DNA of 59,635 bases from the UHGV virus genome UHGV-0248400. One strand, written 5' to 3'. The first letter of the stretch is position 1. The number at the start of each line of letters is the position of its first letter. The DNA comes from a virus. The notes under the pieces were generated by a model. That model had not been told where the DNA came from. It made no database searches and saw nothing but the letters and a program-made list of their open reading frames with translations. This document shows, piece after piece, positions 1 through 8,084 of this stretch. A program made the translations under genes and the position numbers.

Positions 1-710
1 CAATGGAATGCGCCGTGATGGACAGACCCACTGAATCCTATTCGCTTTTCATACAGCAAATGGGACGCCCGTTACGCTATATCCCCGGTAAAAAAGCACT
101 CATTATTGATAAAGTGGGTAACGTCCGTCGTTTTATCGCCCGTGGTTTTCCGTTACCCGATCAGCATTACAACTGGTCGTTAGACGACCGCGATCGTAAA
201 TCATCAAGCGGCGGATCCAGTAACACCACCTGTACAAATAAAGGGGATGCGGTAAAGGGTATTGAACCGTGTCTGAAACCTTATCCTGCAGGGCTTGCTG
301 CTTGCCCTTACTGCGGTCATGTACCGGAAAAAGCGCTACGTTCAGGACCGGATCGCGTTGAGGGTAATTTACGTGAACTGACTGCTGAAGAACTCGAAGA
401 ACTGCGCCGCGCAGTGGTCATTATCGACCGTGACCCGGCAGCAGTTAAAGACCAGATGTTAAACGCTGGCGCACCTCCTGTTGCAGCTTACAGCGCGATG
501 AAAAATATTCAGGCGATGAACGATGCACAGCGTAAACTACGTTCCATGATAACCACATGGGCTGGGTTACAGCGTGATAAAGGCGTATCACCTGATGACG
601 CTTATCGTATGTTTTATCAGGTTTTCGGCGTTGATGTACTTACGGCACAGGCATTACACACGCGGGAGGCAAACGAGTTGTCAGCACGGGTTGCAGGAAC
701 TATGATTTAA
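1..710 (+). CDS. SF2 DEAD/DEAH-type helicase, C-terminal part (continues 58681..59635 across circular junction)
   Basis: Window end ...GYDCP reads in frame into AMECAVMDRPTESYSLFIQQMGRPLR (helicase motifs V-VI, QxxGRxxR). Stop at 708-710. Confidence 0.7.
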   Translation, partial: MECAVMDRPTESYSLFIQQMGRPLRYIPGKKALIIDKVGNVRRFIARGFPLPDQHYNWSLDDRDRKSSSGGSSNTTCTNKGDAVKGIEPCLKPYPAGLAACPYCGHVPEKALRSGPDRVEGNLRELTAEELEELRRAVVIIDRDPAAVKDQMLNAGAPPVAAYSAMKNIQAMNDAQRKLRSMITTWAGLQRDKGVSPDDAYRMFYQVFGVDVLTAQALHTREANELSARVAGTMI

Positions 711-754
711 TGGTAATCTGTTTAGAATTATTTTAAATACGCGTAGAGGGTAAT

Positions 755-973
755 ATGAAAATCATCGCTTGCTTTAAACACGAGTTGACTTTAAGCGAAT
801 GGGAAATGTTGAACTGGCGTAATGAGTACGAAATCAAAACTTTTGGTGAAATCGTCATGATCAACGCTACTTTTGATTTTTATTTAAAGAAAATTTCACC
901 TGAAACATTAGTTAAGTTTAAAGATGTTGGTCAGTTTTTGAAAACTGATGCGCCGGGGGTTGTACATGCGTGA
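755..973 (+). CDS. hypothetical protein (72 aa)
   Basis: ATG with AGAGGG SD 8 nt upstream. Closely follows helicase stop. Confidence 0.5.
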   Translation: MKIIACFKHELTLSEWEMLNWRNEYEIKTFGEIVMINATFDFYLKKISPETLVKFKDVGQFLKTDAPGVVHA

Positions 974-1472
974 TTTGATGATTGATATTGAAACATGTGG
1001 CACGAAACCCGGTTGTGCGGTGCTTTCCATTGGTGCTGTATATTTCGATCGCAAAGGTAATATCGGTGAACAGTTTTACGCATCAATGGGTTTTAGCGCG
1101 TTGTCATACGGTAATGCTGATGCTGATACAATGCGTTGGTGGTCGCAGCAGTCTGAACAGGCGCGTACTGATGCGTTTGGCGGGACTGATGACCCACGTG
1201 AAGTAGCACAGCGTTTTGCAAAATTCATTCGTTCTGATGCGCTTCCCTGGGGTAACGGATCTGTATTTGATATCACCATTTTAGAAGCATGGTTTGATGT
1301 GGTAGGTATCCGCTGCCCGTGGAAATTCTGGAATGTTCGCGATGTGCGCACGGCGGTGGATTTGCTGGGTATCAATACTAAACTGTTTATCCGCGATGGC
1401 GTTTTTCATAACGCGCTGGATGATTGCCTTCATCAGATCAAATATCTCACCAGCGGGACTAAACACTTATGA
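948..1472 (+). CDS. DnaQ-like (DEDDh) 3'-5' exonuclease
   Basis: LMIDIETCG Exo I motif with downstream DEDD-type residues and HNALDD near C-terminus. True start may be ATG 966, which has a GGGGG SD. Confidence 0.65.
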   Translation: MRRGLYMRDLMIDIETCGTKPGCAVLSIGAVYFDRKGNIGEQFYASMGFSALSYGNADADTMRWWSQQSEQARTDAFGGTDDPREVAQRFAKFIRSDALPWGNGSVFDITILEAWFDVVGIRCPWKFWNVRDVRTAVDLLGINTKLFIRDGVFHNALDDCLHQIKYLTSGTKHL

Positions 1473-1960
1473 CACCTCTTGAAGAGTGGGCAAAACGTCA
1501 CGGTATCAGCCAGATGGCGCTGTATGAGTTATACGGCCTTTTTCAGCCGGATGGTAAGCCGCATGAAGATGGTAAAAGTGAATCAGCAACCTCTAAGGAA
1601 TGCGAACTGATCGCGGCCCGTGCTGGTCAACGTCTCTGGCGAAACAATAACGGCGCTTTACAAAACGAAAAAGGCCAGTGGGTGCGTTACGGTCTGGGTA
1701 ATACCAGCAAAAAAATCAACGATGTTATGAAATCCAGTGACTATATCGGGATCAAAACGTTGATCATCACCCCTGCTGATGTTGGTCGTAAAATTGGTAT
1801 GTTTATCGCGGCTGAAATGAAAGAGCCAAACTGGCACATGACCCCCAGTGATAAACGCGCCCAGGCGCAGGCCACTTTTGGTACAGTTGTAGTTAACGCA
1901 GGTGGTGAATTTCGTTTCATCACCCATCCCTCACAGTTTGAACAATGGATGAAAGAATGA
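1469..1960 (+). CDS. VRR-NUC family PD-(D/E)XK nuclease
   Basis: ATGA overlap with upstream gene. Motif pattern ...G..E..V..L...G...N.G... SDYIGI ... EMK is typical of VRR-NUC. Confidence 0.5.
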   Translation: MTPLEEWAKRHGISQMALYELYGLFQPDGKPHEDGKSESATSKECELIAARAGQRLWRNNNGALQNEKGQWVRYGLGNTSKKINDVMKSSDYIGIKTLIITPADVGRKIGMFIAAEMKEPNWHMTPSDKRAQAQATFGTVVVNAGGEFRFITHPSQFEQWMKE

Positions 1961-2130
1961 ATAACGAACGCGTAAACCGTCTGCAAAAACTGATCGATAC
2001 TCACGGGATTGAAAACGTTGCTAAACGTATGAACGTAAGTGAGATCCACATTAAACGTAATCTTCTCACAGGTCATTCAGCGATTAACCTGGTAAAACTC
2101 ATGGCTGCTGAACGTCAGTTCGGAGCGTAG
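1957..2130 (+). CDS. small HTH-like protein (~57 aa)
   Basis: ATGA overlap with upstream stop. ENVAKRMNVSEIHIKRNLLTGHS resembles a helix-turn-helix. The ORF track starts it at 1945. Confidence 0.4.
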   Translation: MNNERVNRLQKLIDTHGIENVAKRMNVSEIHIKRNLLTGHSAINLVKLMAAERQFGA

Positions 2131-2133
2131 ATC

Positions 2134-4488
2134 ATGAAGGGATTACTGAACCGTAAACAATGGGTTTGCTGGAGGCTGGAGCATATTGAAGGTCGCCCAA
2201 AACCCACGAAAGCACCTTACAGCCCAGTCCACGGGTACAAGGCCAGTACAACAAATCCGGCTGACTGGTCTGACTATCATACTGCGCTGGGTATGGCGCA
2301 AATACATGGTATGTCTGGTGTCGGTTTCGTGTTCACTGAAAACGATCCCTATTTTTTCATTGACGTCGATAACTGTCTGGTAGATCAGGCTACTGCCACG
2401 TGGTCACCACTGGCACACGAATTTGTAAACCGTTTCCCCGGCGCTTACACCGAAGTAAGCCAGTCAGGAACAGGCTTACATATCATCTGTGCGTATAGCA
2501 GTTTACCGGAAGGGTTTAACAGCCTTAACGATCAGAAAACCGGGCTTGAAATGTACTGGCGCGATCGCTTTGTTGCCATGACATTAACCGGGAATGGTGA
2601 AGTTGACGTTGACTATACACAGGGTGTTCACGACTCGATCGCCCGGTATGGGCGCATTCGTTCTGATCGTTCCGCACACTGGACCAGCGCACCCTGTGAT
2701 GAATGGTCAGGCCCAGAAGATGACGAAGAACTGATCGCAATGGCGTTGAAGTCATCCAGTGCGGCTTCAGTTTTTGGCAATAAAGCATCGTTTGCGGATC
2801 TGTGGACGGCAAATGTTGAAAAATTGTCTGTCAGTTATGCGAGCGATCAGGGGAAAGATTATAACGGAAACGCAGCTGATGCGGCCCTGTGTTCACATCT
2901 TGCTTTCTGGACAGGTAAAAACTGTGAACGCATGGAGCGGTTATTTAATAAATCAGCGCTTGTTCGTGGTAAATGGACAGATCGAAAAGATTACCGTGAG
3001 AGAACAATATTAGGTGCAGTTGAACGTTGTGATACCGTTTATCGTGCACAACCAGCGCTGACCCCAGAACTGATTAATGCTGTTACGCCAGCGCCTACAG
3101 TCGCGGTAACGGGTAGTGTTCCGGCGTATATGTCGATCAGACCTGGCGAAGGTGCTTATGGGGCTAACCACACGGTTAACGCATCCACTTTCGTTAATAA
3201 CTATTATCCTAATAACACGCTGGTTTTTGTACAGCAGCAACCGTACCGCTTTAACGGTCGCGTCTGGGAACGTGTGACAGAAGATGAATTAAAACATCAG
3301 TTATCTATGGCAATGCTGGCGAGCGAACCAAAAGCTGATGTTATTAACGGCACCTATAAGGTTTTAAGCTATTTATTCACCCGTGCAGATCGTGAGTTAG
3401 GCACCTGGCCGGGCGTTGATGTTTCACACTATATTGTGTGTCAAAACGGGATACTTGACGTTCACACCAGAAAATGTGAGCCGCATAACCCTGATTTCTT
3501 CACCACCAGTATTTTACCATACAGTTATGACCCTTTCGCACAGGCACCCGTTTTTCAGGATTTTCTGAATACGACGCTGGAAGGCGATCAGGAACGTATT
3601 GCACTGCTGCAGGAATGGCTGGGGTATATGCTGGTTAACTCCTATGACTATCAGAAAGCGATGTTACTGATCGGTGCGCCTCGTTCTGGTAAAGGTACTA
3701 TCGGCCAGATTATTCAGGCGCTGGTAGGTGATGAAGCCTATGCCGGGATTACGCTTGAAGGGCTGGCAAGTGATGCTGTTCTGGAAACTGTGCTTGATAA
3801 ATCCGTGTTATTTATTGGCGATGCTCACAGTGTTTCCGGGCCTGACCGTAACAGGATCCTCGACCGTTTTAAATCGATAACCGGGGCTGATGCGATCCCT
3901 GTTAACCGTAAATATAAAGGTGCGTGGAATGGTCGTTTACCGGGTCGTATGACACTTGCCGCGAACAACATCCCGGCCTTTGCTGATGATTCTGGCGCAA
4001 TGGCAAACCGCTTGCTGATCCTGCCGTTTAACATCTCGTTTCTGGGTCGTGAAGATATCACGCTGAAATCACGGTTAATGAAAGAATTACCGGGGATCTG
4101 CAACTGGGCTATCGAAGGTCTTGAACGGTTGCGTAAAAATAATCGCTTCACTGAACCAACAGCAAGTATTGTTGAGCGTCAGGAAATCATGGATCAGCAG
4201 GCACCGCTGATGGCGTTTGTTCGCGACTGCTGCGAGCTGTTACCTGATAGCGTAACCCACACTGAAGAACTTTTCTGTAGATATAAAATGTGGAAGATGC
4301 AGGAGGGCGGCGCGACGATGACGAAAACCGCTTTCAGCCGGGCGTTTAAAAGTATGTTGCGTGGTCGTGTGGTTAAAGATGTGGTGTCTGTTAACGGTCA
4401 GCGGGCAAACGGTTTCCGAGGAGTGCGTTTACTCCCTTTCCAGCCAGCGGGTAACGTTGTTCCTTTCGCGCCCGCCAGTAATAGTTAA
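2134..4488 (+). CDS. DNA primase / SF3 (P4-alpha, D5-like) replicative helicase
   Basis: 784 aa. The C-terminal half carries Walker A GAPRSGKGT and Walker B VLFIGDAH. The N-terminal half is D5_N/prim-pol like. Typical phage primase-helicase organisation. Confidence 0.8.
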   Translation: MKGLLNRKQWVCWRLEHIEGRPKPTKAPYSPVHGYKASTTNPADWSDYHTALGMAQIHGMSGVGFVFTENDPYFFIDVDNCLVDQATATWSPLAHEFVNRFPGAYTEVSQSGTGLHIICAYSSLPEGFNSLNDQKTGLEMYWRDRFVAMTLTGNGEVDVDYTQGVHDSIARYGRIRSDRSAHWTSAPCDEWSGPEDDEELIAMALKSSSAASVFGNKASFADLWTANVEKLSVSYASDQGKDYNGNAADAALCSHLAFWTGKNCERMERLFNKSALVRGKWTDRKDYRERTILGAVERCDTVYRAQPALTPELINAVTPAPTVAVTGSVPAYMSIRPGEGAYGANHTVNASTFVNNYYPNNTLVFVQQQPYRFNGRVWERVTEDELKHQLSMAMLASEPKADVINGTYKVLSYLFTRADRELGTWPGVDVSHYIVCQNGILDVHTRKCEPHNPDFFTTSILPYSYDPFAQAPVFQDFLNTTLEGDQERIALLQEWLGYMLVNSYDYQKAMLLIGAPRSGKGTIGQIIQALVGDEAYAGITLEGLASDAVLETVLDKSVLFIGDAHSVSGPDRNRILDRFKSITGADAIPVNRKYKGAWNGRLPGRMTLAANNIPAFADDSGAMANRLLILPFNISFLGREDITLKSRLMKELPGICNWAIEGLERLRKNNRFTEPTASIVERQEIMDQQAPLMAFVRDCCELLPDSVTHTEELFCRYKMWKMQEGGATMTKTAFSRAFKSMLRGRVVKDVVSVNGQRANGFRGVRLLPFQPAGNVVPFAPASNS

Positions 4489-4527
4489 AATAATTCTTGA
4501 CGGATTACAAGGAAGTGATCCATACTC
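4483..4527 (+). promoter_or_regulatory. conserved sigma70-type promoter copy (UP-like AAAATAATTC, -35 TTGACG 4497-4502, 17-bp spacer GATTACAAGGAAGTGAT, -10 CATACT)
   Basis: One of 11 near-identical copies of GTTTAAAATAATTCTTGACGGATTRCA. Faces downstream + genes. Confidence 0.5.
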
Positions 4528-4556
4528 TGTACATCAACTGAACAGGGGTTAAGACG

Positions 4557-4696
4557 ATGACTAAAGAACAAGCACGTTTCAAAAAACTAGGTTATATGCG
4601 CGCGGCAAGAATTTCTAAGAAAATGAGTTGTTCGTTGCGTAAACGTGATGTTTTAAGAGCGCTTCATTACCGTGACTTACAGAAAACGCTTTCGTA
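4557..4696 (+). CDS. small basic protein (46 aa)
   Basis: ATG 4557 with AGGGG SD, directly downstream of the promoter. Below the ORF-track size cutoff. Confidence 0.3.
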
Positions 4697-4908
4697 AGCA
4701 ATATACATGCCGATGCAGCGCTTATGACTTTCCACACCGTTTCAGCGGTGGGCGCTGTCAGGGTTTGTGGTTAGTCGAGCCTAATCATTATTGCCCGGCG
4801 TGTAACTTGCTTGCGGATTCTGGTTGTCAGGTCATCAACGGTATTGAACATCCGCGCGAATGCCCATTAGTTCAGGACTTTTGCAATCACCACGAGGTTA
4901 AATTATGA
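4672..4908 (+). CDS. Cys-rich small protein (putative zinc finger, 78 aa, GTG start)
   Basis: CxC...CPAC...C...C pattern. Ends HHEVKL, encoded by a repeated intercistronic junction CACGAGGTTAAATTATGAAA. Confidence 0.4.
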   Translation: MTYRKRFRKQYTCRCSAYDFPHRFSGGRCQGLWLVEPNHYCPACNLLADSGCQVINGIEHPRECPLVQDFCNHHEVKL

Positions 4909-5138
4909 AAGTTATGTTTAAGGGTGGTTCCTATGACGGTGAATTAATAGACGTTGATGACTCGTTACCAGAGTATTTGAATATGGTTAAGCGTAGGAAA
5001 CCATCTGTAGCTAAGTATGACGATTATGATAAAGGATTACCGGTTGTTATAAAATTCACTACTGAAACATATCAATGCAAAGATTTTTATAATAATGGTC
5101 AATACACTCATAGCGAATATCACGAGGTTAAATTATGA
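4905..5138 (+). CDS. hypothetical protein (77 aa)
   Basis: ATGA start-stop overlap and GAGG SD. Ends YHEVKL, the same junction repeat as the upstream gene. Confidence 0.5.
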   Translation: MKVMFKGGSYDGELIDVDDSLPEYLNMVKRRKPSVAKYDDYDKGLPVVIKFTTETYQCKDFYNNGQYTHSEYHEVKL

Positions 5139-5347
5139 AACCGCGTTATCGGTTAATGAAATTATCAGATTGTGCAAATGGTACGCGCTTTTATTTTTAT
5201 CGTTCTAAAATGATGCTGCCTTATACGCTGATTGCCATCAATCGTAAGAAATACGAAGGTGTTTATCACATAGGGCATGATTTCAATATTAACGTTCGGA
5301 TGTTTAGAATATCGTTAAATAAACAAGTTTGGGCCAAGGTGGAATAA
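5135..5347 (+). CDS. hypothetical protein (70 aa)
   Basis: ATGA overlap and a coupled RBS. Confidence 0.45.
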   Translation: MKPRYRLMKLSDCANGTRFYFYRSKMMLPYTLIAINRKKYEGVYHIGHDFNINVRMFRISLNKQVWAKVE

Positions 5348-5542
5348 ATGGGTGGTCGTGGGTCTTGTCGTAGAACTCGTTCGTTACGCTGTAGCAAGTG
5401 TTATGAACAATACGGTTATAACGGTCTTGTCAAAGTAACAGGTAAGAATGGAAACGCTTTTACCTGCCGCTGTGAAACCTGTGGTTATACTTATCAAACA
5501 ACATCAGCGGCTGCACGCCGCGCCTGGAGATACCGTGCTTGA
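5348..5542 (+). CDS. zinc-ribbon small protein (64 aa)
   Basis: AAGGTGG SD. CxxC...CxC...CxxC motifs. Confidence 0.45.
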   Translation: MGGRGSCRRTRSLRCSKCYEQYGYNGLVKVTGKNGNAFTCRCETCGYTYQTTSAAARRAWRYRA

Positions 5543-5696
5543 ACGTATCGTTATTACAATTATTTTCCTGATTTCCGTGGCGCTGGTTTCTTCAAATCTG
5601 GCGTTTATCAGTGAACAGTGGGTACTGGCGTTGACAGGTGTTGTTGCAGGATTAGCCAGTATTGCCGCGTGTATGTGGGGTGCTCAAGATGACTAA
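5448..5696 (+). CDS. small hydrophobic/membrane protein
   Basis: Hydrophobic segments IVITIIFLISVALV and VLALTGVVAGLASIAA. Overlaps 5348..5542 out of frame. Start uncertain: ATG 5448 or GTG 5535. Confidence 0.3.
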   Translation: METLLPAAVKPVVILIKQHQRLHAAPGDTVLERIVITIIFLISVALVSSNLAFISEQWVLALTGVVAGLASIAACMWGAQDD

Positions 5697-5904
5697 ATTA
5701 GGAGCGGTGATCCGTAAAGGTGAATATTACGCACAAATTAATGATCGTCTGGAATGGGTTAATATCAACTATGCGACTATTTTCAGTTCGACATATAAAG
5801 CAGGTGTAGCATTACAGGCGCTTCGTGAACAGGGGTTTGACGTGCGTAAAATGTGTGTCGCACAGGTTAAGGTAATAACTAGTGTAATGGAGACTGGTGT
5901 TTAA
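5689..5904 (+). CDS. hypothetical protein (71 aa)
   Basis: ATG 5689 overlaps the upstream stop. The track ORF starts at an upstream TTG. Confidence 0.4.
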   Translation: MTKLGAVIRKGEYYAQINDRLEWVNINYATIFSSTYKAGVALQALREQGFDVRKMCVAQVKVITSVMETGV

Positions 5905-5906
5905 CC

Positions 5907-6104
5907 ATGACCCATCTTGAAAAACTACGGTCGCTGATGGGGTATTACCAGTCTGGTAGCGATCAGATAATCAGTCTTGCCCAGGATCCCCACACGGGGC
6001 TTTACTGGGTCAGTTGTAAACGTGCATGGTATGAATGCGGTGCAACACTGGAAGCCGCGATTGATACCGCTTACGAAAAACATGGGGTGCCTTCTTATGA
6101 GTGA
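5907..6104 (+). CDS. hypothetical protein (65 aa)
   Basis: GGAGA SD 7 nt upstream of ATG. Confidence 0.5.
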   Translation: MTHLEKLRSLMGYYQSGSDQIISLAQDPHTGLYWVSCKRAWYECGATLEAAIDTAYEKHGVPSYE

Positions 6105-6591
6105 ACAATACGTTTATCGATACAATGACGTTAACCGGGTTGGTGATGGTCACGCGCAGATTGAACTATTGCGCCGGGTAATCATTAAAGAAACTGAACA
6201 CTATGTATGGTCTGTTCCTGAGCCTTTACCATGGAATGGTGTTCCGGGTGTGTTAAGCGATCTCGCTTATTACTGGTCACACCCTAAGCGCAGTTATTAC
6301 TACCCGAAGAAAACGAAAAAGAATGCGGATCGGTCTGCCTGGCATATTACTAAAGAACAGGCAATGAAAGCGTGGTTCATTCGTAAACAACACCAGTTAG
6401 CACGCCTAAGACTGGCGCTGGAACGCGTTGAACTCTGTGTGGAAGGTGTTAAAGCGCAGGGGGTGTTATCTCCATCTGGTTACGATAAAGTTGGTGATCA
6501 GTGGCAACCACTGCGGGTGCATAAAATACCTGATACCGTGGAATGTGGTTCAGGTCCGGTACTGTCTGAGTATAGTTGGGTGGAGTATTGA
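6097..6591 (+). CDS. hypothetical protein (~164 aa)
   Basis: ATG 6097 (MSEQYVYRY...) overlaps the upstream stop. The track lists a longer ORF from 5977. Confidence 0.5.
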   Translation: MSEQYVYRYNDVNRVGDGHAQIELLRRVIIKETEHYVWSVPEPLPWNGVPGVLSDLAYYWSHPKRSYYYPKKTKKNADRSAWHITKEQAMKAWFIRKQHQLARLRLALERVELCVEGVKAQGVLSPSGYDKVGDQWQPLRVHKIPDTVECGSGPVLSEYSWVEY

Positions 6592-6593
6592 TT

Positions 6594-6797
6594 ATGATTG
6601 TGGGGGATTTATATGTTTATCAACAAACTGGTATTTTTGAAAAATGCTGGGTTTTAATAACACATCATAATCCTTGCGAGGGATTGATCATATGGGCAGA
6701 CGGTGTAAAACAAAGATCTATGATTACAGATCAGGATTTCCGCAAATACAACGGGGAATTAGTCGGGCGTAATGTAAAAATGAGGCCAATGCTATGA
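6594..6797 (+). CDS. hypothetical protein (67 aa)
   Basis: ATG 6594 with GGTGGAG SD. The track starts at an upstream alternative codon. Confidence 0.4.
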   Translation: MIVGDLYVYQQTGIFEKCWVLITHHNPCEGLIIWADGVKQRSMITDQDFRKYNGELVGRNVKMRPML

Positions 6798-7189
6798 TCG
6801 TAGTCGTCACGGGTGGGCGTGATTATAATGATAAGGCTGCTATCTTCGGTGCATTATCAATACTACACGCACAACACCCGATCACTGAATTGATCGAAGG
6901 TGAAGCGTCTGGTGTTGATTCAATCTGCCGTGAATGGGCGGAACTGCACGCGATCCCTGTTCGTCGCTGTCCGGCTGACTGGGGTAATCTTGACGTGCCG
7001 GGCGCGGTTATTAAACAGGGTAAGCACGGGTCGTATAACGCCGTAGCTGGTCATCAGCGTAACCAGAGTATGTTAGATGACGAACCACGCCCGGCATACG
7101 GTGTTGTGTTCCCTGGTGGGCGTGGAACGGCTGATATGCATCGTCGCATGTTGAAAGCTGGTTTAACCGTATGGGTGCCTTATGGTTGA
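6794..7189 (+). CDS. SLOG-superfamily Rossmann-fold protein (DUF2493/YpsA-like, LOG-related)
   Basis: N-terminus VVVTGGRDYND, plus GEASGVD...WA and PGGRGTADM motifs characteristic of DUF2493. ATGA coupling with neighbours. Confidence 0.55.
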   Translation: MIVVVTGGRDYNDKAAIFGALSILHAQHPITELIEGEASGVDSICREWAELHAIPVRRCPADWGNLDVPGAVIKQGKHGSYNAVAGHQRNQSMLDDEPRPAYGVVFPGGRGTADMHRRMLKAGLTVWVPYG

Positions 7190-7610
7190 TAGTTTCAGTG
7201 GTGAATATCGCTGGTTAAGTAATTTCCATCCGGTCACCGTAATTTATGACGGGTATGTTTTTAAAACTGTTGAACATGCTTACCAGGCACTTAAATGTAA
7301 ATTTTATCAGGATTTCTTGGAGGTTAAAAACTGTGAAACGCCGGGTCAGGCTAAACGTAGCGCTCGTCAAAAAATAATGCGTGATGACTGGGATAAAGTT
7401 AAAATCCCGGTGATGTTTTATTTATTGCAGCAGAAGTTTTCAGATCCTCATTTATGGTCTTTGCTCATTGCTACTGGTGATCAACCGATCGTTGAAGGTA
7501 ACCAGTGGGGCGACACTTTCTGGGGTGTTTGTCGTGGTAAAGGTGAAAACCATTTAGGCAAAATGATCATGGCCATCCGCGCCGGACAACAACACTATGA
7601 AACTGTCTAA
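7182..7610 (+). CDS. NADAR-domain protein (YbiA/DUF1768-like N-glycosidase)
   Basis: Core YRWLSNFHP...F.TVEHAYQALK...G.WG....G.N.LGK is diagnostic of the NADAR family. Start overlaps the upstream gene. Confidence 0.7.
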   Translation: MVDSFSGEYRWLSNFHPVTVIYDGYVFKTVEHAYQALKCKFYQDFLEVKNCETPGQAKRSARQKIMRDDWDKVKIPVMFYLLQQKFSDPHLWSLLIATGDQPIVEGNQWGDTFWGVCRGKGENHLGKMIMAIRAGQQHYETV

Positions 7611-8025
7611 AAAACAGCGTCAGGAACTGCGTATGAAGTTTGGCGGGTATTGTGCTTACTGTGGTCAGTTGTTGCCGGAAAAAGGATGGCACGCTGACCA
7701 CATTGAAGCGATCCACAGGAAACTTGAAATTGATGAGGATGCAAGAAGCAAAGGAAAATGGAAACTGAAACAGACTGGTGAATCATACCGACCACAACAC
7801 GATACCCTGGAAAATCTTTATCCAGCTTGTGCACCCTGTAACCTGTTTAAATCTGTTTATGATATTGAGGAATTCAGGAGACAAATTGCCTTTCAGGCTG
7901 GGAGGGCACTTAAAACGTCTGTCAATTTCCGCACTGCTGAACGCTTCGGACTGGTTCAGGTAGTTGAACGCCCCGTGGTATTCTGGTTCGAGATCTACCC
8001 TCTCATAGTTCAAAATAATTCTTGA
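7597..8025 (+). CDS. HNH endonuclease
   Basis: CAYCG...H.DH...C..CN is an HNH motif with zinc-binding Cys pairs. Start overlaps the NADAR gene end. Confidence 0.6.
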   Translation: MKLSKKQRQELRMKFGGYCAYCGQLLPEKGWHADHIEAIHRKLEIDEDARSKGKWKLKQTGESYRPQHDTLENLYPACAPCNLFKSVYDIEEFRRQIAFQAGRALKTSVNFRTAERFGLVQVVERPVVFWFEIYPLIVQNNS

Positions 8026-8051
8026 CACATTGCAAACCCTCCACCATAATC
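8010..8051 (+). promoter_or_regulatory. conserved promoter copy (-35 TTGACA 8022-8027, 17-bp spacer, -10 CATAAT 8045-8050)
   Basis: CAAAATAATTCTTGACACATTGCAAACCCTCCACCATAAT. Overlaps the 3' end of the HNH gene and faces the ParB-like gene. Confidence 0.55.
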
Positions 8052-8077
8052 AGCCTCAGTTACTACACATGAGGCTG
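8051..8077 (+). promoter_or_regulatory. 5'-UTR hairpin sequestering SD (CAGCCTCA...TGAGGCTG)
   Basis: 8-bp stem immediately after the predicted TSS. The 3' arm contains the GAGG SD of the 8085 gene. A near-identical stem occurs at 27785-27810. Confidence 0.35.
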
Positions 8078-8084
8078 AAAAACA

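Noticed and set aside
712-740. 12th promoter copy after the helicase gene (CTGTTTAGAATTATTTTAAATAC)
   Set aside because: The -35 region is TTCTAAAC after reverse-complementing, not TTGACG. It is probably a decayed copy and is not called as a functional promoter.
4361-4552. ORF-track entries whose peptides contain KIILDGL (4361..4552+, 22485..22751-, starts of 15720..16055-, 38566..39249-, 57653..58495-)
   Set aside because: They arise from translating the conserved promoter motif (AAAATAATTCTTGACGGATT), often from a TTG inside the -35 box. The true starts lie downstream of the predicted TSS with proper SDs.
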